This document shows, piece by piece, positions 9,080-16,570 of a DNA stretch of 22,304 nt. Source of the DNA: Candidatus Thorarchaeota archaeon (GTDB taxonomy: Archaea; Asgardarchaeota; Thorarchaeia; Thorarchaeales; Thorarchaeaceae); the NCBI GenBank assembly GCA_011364905.1, contig RDNZ01000031.1, forward strand, positions 1 through 22,304. The letters run 5' to 3'. How positions within the stretch are numbered: the first letter of the stretch is position 1; each line of letters starts with the position of its first letter. Made by a program: the position numbers and the translations under genes. The notes under the pieces are model-generated. The model had not been told where the DNA came from. It saw nothing but the letters and a program-made list of their open reading frames with translations, and ran no database searches.

Positions 9080-9541
9080 TCAGAGGTGTTTCGTCCAAAT
9101 AGATGCGTCACTACTGGGATAGAGTGACTCTATAGATGCAACCTCTTTGAACTTGTTTGCAATGTAGAATTTGCGCGCGATTTCATTATTGTGCTCCATA
9201 AAAAGTAGAATTACACGTAATTGATACCCCTGAGTTTTGTAGTATTGTGTAGCTTCATCTATCATTGCCTGAACTAGTTGTTTCCCAACTCCTTGACGCC
9301 TAAAATCAGCAGTGACACCCAAGCCAATCATCTCCACGACGCCATCATCTAAACCACCACGCGCCTCCCAGCTGGCAGTTCCGCAAATCACATTATTTTC
9401 AACTGCAAGCAGCGTGTTATACCTAAGTACCAGATCATTTGCGAATTGCTGGGCGCGCTCCGCATGATTCTCAATCTCGGTTCTATACATCGTTTCGAGT
9501 GATGGGATGTCAGCTCGTTTGGCAGTTCTGATTCTCATCAA
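9080..9541 (-). CDS. GNAT family N-acetyltransferase
   Basis: IRTAKRAD start, motif A LGVTADFRRQGVGKQLV, motif B NEIARKFYIANKF. Confidence 0.92.
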   Translation of the reverse strand: MMRIRTAKRADIPSLETMYRTEIENHAERAQQFANDLVLRYNTLLAVENNVICGTASWEARGGLDDGVVEMIGLGVTADFRRQGVGKQLVQAMIDEATQYYKTQGYQLRVILLFMEHNNEIARKFYIANKFKEVASIESLYPSSDASIWTKHL

Positions 9542-9591
9542 TACAACCTGACAGACTCTCTCAAGTCACTCATATCTGTTGTTCGCTTTTA

Positions 9592-10371
9592 CTACTCGAT
9601 AATCAAAATTGCATCGACATAGAGATCGTATTTCTCATCCTCATCGATGTTGTAGATTTTCGCCTTTTCTACCTCGCCCTCTCCAAGAACCTCAAGTAGT
9701 CTGGATTGATACAGAACCTTGACATTAGAGCCGGATAGTCGTTCAGCAAGCTCCGGACTTATTACGAGTGTTTCATCCGGGGTCAGCAGAATCACTCGGT
9801 CCGTAACCTCTGTCAAATTAATAGCAGCATCTACTGATTCATCCCCTGAATAGAGCACTATAGTCCGTTTGTTCTTGAAATCATTGGGATCTTTTACAGT
9901 GAGATAGACGCCTTTGCTGAGAAACTCATCCTTCCCAACGAGGCATTCGATTTCCTCTTCTACTTCTTTCTTGTCATCAGGAACTTCTTCGCCTTTCCTT
10001 CTACGGTAGCTCTTGATTGCCTCATGCAGAGCATCAGCTGCCAAATTGGAACAGTGCATCTTTATCGGAGGAAGACCATCCAACTCTTCAGCAACATCTC
10101 GACGTGTCAACTTCATAGCCTCATCAAGACTCATACCCTTGACCATCTCGGTTGTCATGCTCGTTGTCGCTATCGCTGATCCACAACCAAAGGTCCTGAA
10201 TTTAGCATCAGTGATGGTGTCACCATCGATGCGGATAAAGACCTCCATGATATCTCCACAAGTTGGATTACCAACCTTGCCTACCGCAACGTCATCTCCT
10301 TCAAGGGTCCCTACATTACGTGGATTGCGGAAGTGATCCAATACTTTTTCACTATATTTTGTTGATTTCAT
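9592..10371 (-). CDS. iscU: IscU/NifU Fe-S scaffold fused to a degenerate thioredoxin-reductase NADPH-binding domain
   Basis: YSEKVLDHFRNPRNVG, GNPTCGD, FGCGSAIA, LPPIKMHCS (three Cys plus His, LPPxK); extra C-terminal domain of about 115 aa with a TrxB-like pattern. Confidence 0.92.
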   Translation of the reverse strand: MKSTKYSEKVLDHFRNPRNVGTLEGDDVAVGKVGNPTCGDIMEVFIRIDGDTITDAKFRTFGCGSAIATTSMTTEMVKGMSLDEAMKLTRRDVAEELDGLPPIKMHCSNLAADALHEAIKSYRRRKGEEVPDDKKEVEEEIECLVGKDEFLSKGVYLTVKDPNDFKNKRTIVLYSGDESVDAAINLTEVTDRVILLTPDETLVISPELAERLSGSNVKVLYQSRLLEVLGEGEVEKAKIYNIDEDEKYDLYVDAILIIE

Positions 10372-10383
10372 TTTCTATCATCT

Positions 10384-11547
10384 TTACTTGGATTTGTATA
10401 TTGGAGACAGTTTTCTTAGTCGCGAGACCACATTTGGCACTGCTTCAAGTGCTTTATCAATGTCATCATCTGTGTTGAATCTGCCCGATGTCAGTTGAAG
10501 TGAGCCATGGGCTTCTTCATGGAGTAGTCCTGTTGCGATGAGTGTGTGTGAAGGCTCAAGAGTCTTTGATGTACAAGCGGAACCCGTTGAAACTGAAACC
10601 CCAAGATCTTTGAATGAAAGCAGAATCGATTCTCCTTCGATTCCATCAAATCTAAAGTGCGCGTTAGAAGCTAAACGGTTCGTTGGATGACCATTGAGAT
10701 GGCTGTCAGGGACTTCTTCTAGAACCTGTTTAATCATCCTGTCACGATAACCCTGTAACCGCTTTACTTCGGAGTCCATTTCCTTCTGCACTATCTCCGT
10801 TGCTAAGCTCATTCCAACTATTCCTGGTATATCCTCACTTCCAGACCTCAAGCCTCTCTCCTGCCCTCCTCCAATAATCATGGGATTGACTCTGTACCTT
10901 TTCTGCATGTACATTACTCCCACGCCTCTTGGTCCATAGAAGTCATTTGATGAGAGTGCCATGAGATTGATGTTGTCTTTTCTCACGTCAATTGGAAGAA
11001 GTGCTTCTGCTGCGACTGCATCAGTATGGAATGCTATCCCTCTCTCAGCTGCGAGTTTTCCAATCTCATTGATCGGTTGAACTGTGCCAATCTCGTTACT
11101 TGCCATTCCGACAGATATCAGAATTGTTTCATCTCTTATTCGTTGTTCAATTTTCCCTACATCTACCATGCCATATTGGTCAACAGGAACCTTTGAAATC
11201 TGGAATCCCTCTCTTTCAAGATACTTGGCGATGTTGTGAATCGAAATGTGTTCTACTTCTGATATGATAATATGATTCCCTTTGGTCTTGTTCCGAAATG
11301 CATAGCCCATTATTCCTAGATTGATTGCCTCTGTGGCTCCTGATGTGAAGATGATTTCATCCTCATCGGCATTTATGTACTTGGCAATTTTCTTTCTGCT
11401 TTCTTCCAGAGCATCGGTTGCTACGTCGCCCACTTTATGCAGAGATGATGGGTTCCCAAAATCCTCCGTGAAGTATCTTGCCATCCCCTCGACTACTCTA
11501 GGATCGACTGGTTTCGCGCTCTGGTAGTCTAGATACACCTGTTTCAA
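10384..11547 (-). CDS. iscS: IscS/NifS-family cysteine desulfurase homolog lacking the PLP Schiff-base Lys
   Basis: YLDY, FGNPSSLH, FTSGATEA, EH, NEIGTVQP, GGGQERGLRSG, STGSACTS (Cys retained); SSNDFYGPRG replaces the canonical S(A/G)HKxYGPKG. Confidence 0.93.
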   Translation of the reverse strand: MKQVYLDYQSAKPVDPRVVEGMARYFTEDFGNPSSLHKVGDVATDALEESRKKIAKYINADEDEIIFTSGATEAINLGIMGYAFRNKTKGNHIIISEVEHISIHNIAKYLEREGFQISKVPVDQYGMVDVGKIEQRIRDETILISVGMASNEIGTVQPINEIGKLAAERGIAFHTDAVAAEALLPIDVRKDNINLMALSSNDFYGPRGVGVMYMQKRYRVNPMIIGGGQERGLRSGSEDIPGIVGMSLATEIVQKEMDSEVKRLQGYRDRMIKQVLEEVPDSHLNGHPTNRLASNAHFRFDGIEGESILLSFKDLGVSVSTGSACTSKTLEPSHTLIATGLLHEEAHGSLQLTSGRFNTDDDIDKALEAVPNVVSRLRKLSPIYKSK

Positions 11548-11575
11548 TTCCCCACAACCTTTGATCTTTTTATGT

Positions 11576-11938
11576 TTAGAACCATTGAGTTGCGTCAGCT
11601 TCTAGGACCAGGTCGTTAAGTGTTGCGGCACCGACAATCTTGAAATTTGGATCAAGTTGGACTTTATCCCATCCCAGCATCTGCTTTGATGCTTCACAAA
11701 CTAAGATTGGAATTCCCATCTCGATGGTCTTCTCAATCATCTCTTTTAGATTTGGGAAGGATCCCAGTTTGATTTTTTCGGCAGCACCGGCTTGTAAAAC
11801 TCTTAGCCCTTGGCCAAGGAAGTAAATCTTTGCGTCAATATCCATTGCTTTCGCGCTTTGTGCTAACACAAACGGAGAGTACTGACGTTCGGGGTCATCG
11901 CTGGTTTGAACAAACAAAATACTTGGCATTTTCTTCAC
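11576..11938 (-). CDS. DsrE/DsrF-like sulfur relay protein
   Basis: PFVLAQSAKAMDIDAKIYFLGQG, GIPILVCEAS (single Cys), IVGAATLNDLVLEAD; GTG start overlaps the tusA stop (or ATG 11929). Confidence 0.85.
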   Translation of the reverse strand: MKKMPSILFVQTSDDPERQYSPFVLAQSAKAMDIDAKIYFLGQGLRVLQAGAAEKIKLGSFPNLKEMIEKTIEMGIPILVCEASKQMLGWDKVQLDPNFKIVGAATLNDLVLEADATQWF

Positions 11939-12177
11939 TCTTTCTTTCTTATGAGAAATCTCTGCACACCATCTTCTAGACGCTCAAAACTCAATAGAAT
12001 ATTTCCAGTTCGCTTGGCGAATCGCTTAATGTCTTCTTCCGCTGCTGGATCATCAGATATCATTTCAAGTACTTCTCCAGGTTTTAGTCGGTCTATTGCT
12101 TCTCTCGTCTGGAAAAGTGGTTGAGGACAGAACAACCCCACACAGTCCAGGCTTTCGGCTGGCTCCATTTCTGACAT
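11935..12177 (-). CDS. tusA: TusA/SirA family sulfur carrier
   Basis: LDCVGLFCPQP (CPxP), LKPGEVLEMISDDPAAEEDIKRFAKRTG; ATG 12177 preferred over TTG 12195. Confidence 0.92.
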   Translation of the reverse strand: MSEMEPAESLDCVGLFCPQPLFQTREAIDRLKPGEVLEMISDDPAAEEDIKRFAKRTGNILLSFERLEDGVQRFLIRKKE

Positions 12178-12300
12178 TGACTTCACAACTAACAATTGTT
12201 AATTGGAGCTTATAAGTTTGATTATGCAACCGAGACTATTCGGACTCGTTTAAATCTGAGTTTGTATAGAATCCTCGCAGAAATCATGGATTGTGGAACT

Positions 12301-13413
12301 ATGGTTAAAACTAGTCGTGCGGCGGTCGTCCTGAAACCAAATGAACCGCTAGTAATTGAAGAATACGAGATTCCGAAATTGGAACCTGGAGCTGTTCTGA
12401 TGAAGGTCGCAAACGCCGGTGTGTGCGGAACCGATGTTCATCTTTGGCATGGCAAACTCGCTGGTGTCCCTTACCCACTTATACTTGGACATGAAGTTGT
12501 GGGCACAATTAATTCAATTGGTCCTAGACCAGTCAAAGATCTTGATGGCAACGAACTCAAGATTGGTGACCGCATTGGCTTCCATGATGTTACAAAGACC
12601 TGCTTCTCTTGCTACTATTGTTTGATTGCCAAAACACCGACGAAGTGCCCAAACAGGAAGGTCTACGGAATCACCATGGATGCAACGAAATTTCCGAAAC
12701 TAGTAGGAGGCTACAGTGAATATCTCTACCTCTCTCCTGGAACACATATGATCAAGATTCCAGACCATGTTAGTTTTGATGGTGCTAGCGCTGTTGGTTG
12801 CGCAATGCCGACTGCTGTTCACACAGTCCTTCGAAGTCCTATGCGTTGGGGATTAAATATAGCAATCCAAGGTGCCGGACCAGTTGGTTTGATGATTTCA
12901 GTTCTAGCGAGTGTTAGTGGTGCTTCCACAGTGACTGTGCTTGATAAGGCAAAGAATCGTCTTGCGATTTCAAAGAAGTTTGGCGTGACGAATACCCTAG
13001 ATATCAGCGAAACAACACTGGAAGAACGCAAGACTGCACTCAAAGAAATCTCGGGTGGTCATGGTCCTGATATTATTTATGAAGCAACTGGTAATCCGCG
13101 TGCAATTCCCGAAGGTATTGAGCTTGTGAAGGATGGAGGAAGTTACACAATCTGCGGCCAATACACAGACCATGGACCTGTTGAAATCAATCCGCACTTG
13201 ATGAACAGGAAACACCTCGATATCAAGACGGTCTGGGGCTCTGAAACTCTCCATGTCTATCGCGGTATCAAGACAGTTGCTGATAACTATGACCGCTTTC
13301 CGTTTGAAGACCTTGTGACTCACCGATTCTCTTTAGATGATGCGCAGAAAGCCCTTGAGGCGCAAGAGAAACAGGTTTCGCTTAAAGCTATAATTCAACC
13401 ACATGGTGATTAA
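12301..13413 (+). CDS. Zinc-binding alcohol dehydrogenase (MDR family)
   Basis: GVCGTDVH, GHEVVG, structural Zn CFSCYYC...C, GAGPVG; true start probably ATG 12301 (or 12286), not the ORF-track 12196. Confidence 0.93.
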   Translation: MVKTSRAAVVLKPNEPLVIEEYEIPKLEPGAVLMKVANAGVCGTDVHLWHGKLAGVPYPLILGHEVVGTINSIGPRPVKDLDGNELKIGDRIGFHDVTKTCFSCYYCLIAKTPTKCPNRKVYGITMDATKFPKLVGGYSEYLYLSPGTHMIKIPDHVSFDGASAVGCAMPTAVHTVLRSPMRWGLNIAIQGAGPVGLMISVLASVSGASTVTVLDKAKNRLAISKKFGVTNTLDISETTLEERKTALKEISGGHGPDIIYEATGNPRAIPEGIELVKDGGSYTICGQYTDHGPVEINPHLMNRKHLDIKTVWGSETLHVYRGIKTVADNYDRFPFEDLVTHRFSLDDAQKALEAQEKQVSLKAIIQPHGD

Positions 13414-13414
13414 G

Positions 13415-14596
13415 ATGTCCTATGAGATAGAAAAAGCAAAAGCTCAACAGGCATGCGACATATTGAAGGAACAGGATATCGATGCCTGGCTTGTTTGGGT
13501 GAGAGAGACCTCTCAAATGGCTGATCCTGTCCTTGACCTCATATTTGGTGGAGACCTAACCTGGCAGTCTGCACTCATATTCACCGAAGATGAGAAGATA
13601 GCTATTGTGGGGAATTTCGATGAGGCTGGCGTAAAAGCCAAGGGCATCTATGATACAGTCATCCCATACACCGCTGGCATTCGAGAAGAGCTCGTAAAAC
13701 AGCTGTCGAGAAAAGATCCCAAGAGAATTGCCATCAATTACAGTGTAGATGATGTTGCTGCAGATGGTCTTAGCGTCGGTATGCATATGCTGCTTCAAGA
13801 GTATCTCAAGAACACACCCTTTGCCACCCGATTCATGTCAGCTGAGAACCACATCCAGAAGTTGCGCGGTAGAAAGACTGCAGAAGAGGTTTCTAGGATA
13901 CGGAGGGCCATCGAGATCACTGAGGAGATCTACGAGAAAGTAAGGAAATTCGTTAAGGTCGGACTCTCCGAGATGGAAATCTACAACTTCTTCCACAAGT
14001 GTATGAAGGAGTACGAGGTCAGTAGCGCTTGGGACGTAGACCATTGCCCAGCTGTGGATGCTGGACCGTACAAGCAGTTTGGACATGCAGGTCCAATAGA
14101 CAATGAGACCAAACAAGGCCACCTTCTCCATTTTGACTTCGGTGTGAAACACAAAGCATACTGTTCCGACATTCAGCGAATGTTATTCTTTGGTGATGAG
14201 AAAGACATTCCTGCTGAGGTACAGGACGCCTTTGAAACGGTAAGAGATGGTATTCAAGCGGCAGCCGACTGGATCAGACCCGGAGCTGTAGGGTATGAGG
14301 TCGACAATATAGCTCGTGATTTCGTAAAAGCAGCAGGATACGAAGAATACCAACACGCATTAGGGCATCAGCTAGGTCGATTGGCACACGATGGTGGCAC
14401 GCTACTCGGTCCAAAATGGGAACGCTATGGCGATAGTCCAATGGGTGTTGTGGAAGTTGGCAATGTGTTTACACTTGAGTTCTATGTGACAACTGAGCAT
14501 TATGGTCAGGTCAGCTTAGAGGAGGACATTCTCATTACCCGACAAGGATGTGAATTCCTCTCCAAACCGCAGAAAGATCTCATCTGTATCAAATAG
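13415..14596 (+). CDS. Xaa-Pro aminopeptidase / M24B metallopeptidase
   Basis: LRGRKTAEE, H, DFG, YCSDIQR, HALGHQLGRLAHD, FTLE, LEEDIL; GGTGAT SD favours ATG 13415 over 13403. Confidence 0.92.
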   Translation: MSYEIEKAKAQQACDILKEQDIDAWLVWVRETSQMADPVLDLIFGGDLTWQSALIFTEDEKIAIVGNFDEAGVKAKGIYDTVIPYTAGIREELVKQLSRKDPKRIAINYSVDDVAADGLSVGMHMLLQEYLKNTPFATRFMSAENHIQKLRGRKTAEEVSRIRRAIEITEEIYEKVRKFVKVGLSEMEIYNFFHKCMKEYEVSSAWDVDHCPAVDAGPYKQFGHAGPIDNETKQGHLLHFDFGVKHKAYCSDIQRMLFFGDEKDIPAEVQDAFETVRDGIQAAADWIRPGAVGYEVDNIARDFVKAAGYEEYQHALGHQLGRLAHDGGTLLGPKWERYGDSPMGVVEVGNVFTLEFYVTTEHYGQVSLEEDILITRQGCEFLSKPQKDLICIK

Positions 14597-14690
14597 ACAG
14601 ACTCGTATCCACGACCTGTTCTATTTCATTGTGCACCCGGATAACATGGGTGAAACAAGTCCTCCATACGATAACAAAGAGTCATTGATT

Positions 14691-16541
14691 TTAGTCATCC
14701 ATGTACGGGTCTTCATCAATATCGATGTCTGCGTAGCCAACATCCCTCAATAGGTCTTCAATCGACTCAGCTCCAGTGACCCATGAGAGTGCCCATTCTC
14801 CATCATCGTGGAGATTCAATTCCACATCCGGGAGGTCTCCGAGCAGGTTGTGGTCCATCTCTATAGTATCTTGATATGCTCCTGCAAGTGCTAGGACAAA
14901 GCAAGATCCTCGAACATTCCCAAGATTACCAACTGGAATCCCATCGCCCATCATGCCCCCGGGTGTTGTCAAGAGCCTATTGTCCTTGGTAAACCATACG
15001 CTATCTGTATGTGGTCGATAAAACTGAGTTATCTCACCATCGGAATCGCATGTTATGTCCACGAGCCGGACAGTGGTTTGTGGTTTCACATGGAGATCAC
15101 TAATAGGAAGAACTGGAAAATGCTGTTGTACCAAGACGTGGTCAGCGACGCTGTTAAAGACACTGAAGTTACCGATTACAATGTGCTCCGGGCGCCAAAA
15201 GTTTCTGAGAAGACCATCAATCTCATAGGACTTTAGATTCAATTCGACAAGTTTCGATCTCACTGCATCCTCAAGAGTCCCTGTTATCATCTCTTGCTCA
15301 AAGATGAATTTCATCCCTTTCAGATTCAAACCGCCATATTTCTCATGGAATTCGTTCCAAATCTCTCGAAGGTTTTCCAAAGTGGAGGCTTCCTTGATTC
15401 TTTCGAGGGTTGGTTTGACATCCTCTTCAGAGACTTCTGAAATGCTTCGTTTCTCAGGCGACGGAAAGATTGATCGCACTTCGAGAGCCTCTACAATGAC
15501 CATGGATGCAAGTGCTGTGACACCTCTACCCGACTCTATCATGATGTTTGGTGGTGGATGTTTTCTCCCTATTTCGGAGAGTTGCGACTTCACTCCCGAC
15601 ACGAGGAGATGTGCATATTGATACATCAGATCTGGTGTAAGCGAGCTTGTATAGTCAATTGCTAAGCCTCCTCCGAAGTCAATACTTGCAAGCTCAGTTA
15701 ATCCGAAATCCCGAAGTTCAGCATAGAATTGCGTTAGAAGCTTTCCAAATCTCTCGAAGGCTTCAATCTCAGTTATTTGTGAACCTGCATGGGCAAGGAT
15801 GGTTTTGACTGAACTGGAGAAACCGCTTTTTTGTAGCAGTTCGACAACATCATAGAGGTCATGAATACTCAGGCCAAACTTGGAGTCTCTTCCAGTGGAA
15901 TGCGACCAATGTCCTTGCACACTCAGATATGGCTTGATTCGCAGCACAAGGTTGGTTTCATCAGGCTTGAAGCGCTCAACAATCAAGCTGAGTTCATGGA
16001 CCGACTCCACCGATATGGCTATGTTGTATCCCTCATCCACACACTGTTTGATCAACTTCAGATACTCGACGTCCTTGGCGCCATTGCATACAATGGGCCT
16101 ATGCTTTTCACTCTCGATGACATGTTTGATGAGGAGGAGCTCCGCCTTTGTCCCTGCTTCCAGCCCATAGTCTGAGTCTGAGCGAATGACTGCAGTGACA
16201 CAGTCTTTCCGTTGATTCACCTTCACGGGATAAATGCCTATGAAACTACCCGCATATTCAAGCTCGCTCATTGCACGATCGAATGCCGCCCTTAGTTTCT
16301 TGATTTGATATGTGATTAGCTGTGGCACACGCAAGGTAAACGACGAGGTATAGCTCGGGGCGTTTCCATTCATTTGCTTTATTCTCTGAATGATTTCTTT
16401 GAAAGTGATGAACTTGTCACCAAGTATTAGAGAGAGGTCTCCATCTTCTGTGATGTCCAGAAAGTGGAGGTCATTACGGTTTACGCCATAAATCCATCGC
16501 GAGTCATCTAGTGACCAAGTTTCTTCTACCAATAGATTCAC
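14691..16541 (-). CDS. speA: Biosynthetic arginine decarboxylase (PLP fold-type III, SpeA-like)
   Basis: YPVKVNQ (PLP Lys), GLEAGTKAEL, CNGAKD, SKFGL, HAGSQI, DFGGGL, ESGR, NFSVF, DITCDSDG, GAYQ, HNLLG; start may be TTG 16532 after AGGTGA. Confidence 0.88.
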   Translation of the reverse strand: MNLLVEETWSLDDSRWIYGVNRNDLHFLDITEDGDLSLILGDKFITFKEIIQRIKQMNGNAPSYTSSFTLRVPQLITYQIKKLRAAFDRAMSELEYAGSFIGIYPVKVNQRKDCVTAVIRSDSDYGLEAGTKAELLLIKHVIESEKHRPIVCNGAKDVEYLKLIKQCVDEGYNIAISVESVHELSLIVERFKPDETNLVLRIKPYLSVQGHWSHSTGRDSKFGLSIHDLYDVVELLQKSGFSSSVKTILAHAGSQITEIEAFERFGKLLTQFYAELRDFGLTELASIDFGGGLAIDYTSSLTPDLMYQYAHLLVSGVKSQLSEIGRKHPPPNIMIESGRGVTALASMVIVEALEVRSIFPSPEKRSISEVSEEDVKPTLERIKEASTLENLREIWNEFHEKYGGLNLKGMKFIFEQEMITGTLEDAVRSKLVELNLKSYEIDGLLRNFWRPEHIVIGNFSVFNSVADHVLVQQHFPVLPISDLHVKPQTTVRLVDITCDSDGEITQFYRPHTDSVWFTKDNRLLTTPGGMMGDGIPVGNLGNVRGSCFVLALAGAYQDTIEMDHNLLGDLPDVELNLHDDGEWALSWVTGAESIEDLLRDVGYADIDIDEDPYMDD

Positions 16542-16570
16542 CTTTGAAGGGCTCTTTTAACAAGGTCTGA

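Noticed and set aside
8374-11547. Cysteine desulfurase plus nuclease as a DNA phosphorothioation (Dnd/Ssp/Pbe) locus
   Set aside because: No DndC/PAPS-reductase-like or DndD ATPase gene; the desulfurase homolog is paired with IscU and lacks its PLP Lys
12196-12300. 35-aa N-terminal extension of the ADH in the ORF track
   Set aside because: Occupies the divergent tusA/ADH promoter region with TATA-like sequences; the MDR fold starts at MVKTSRAAV
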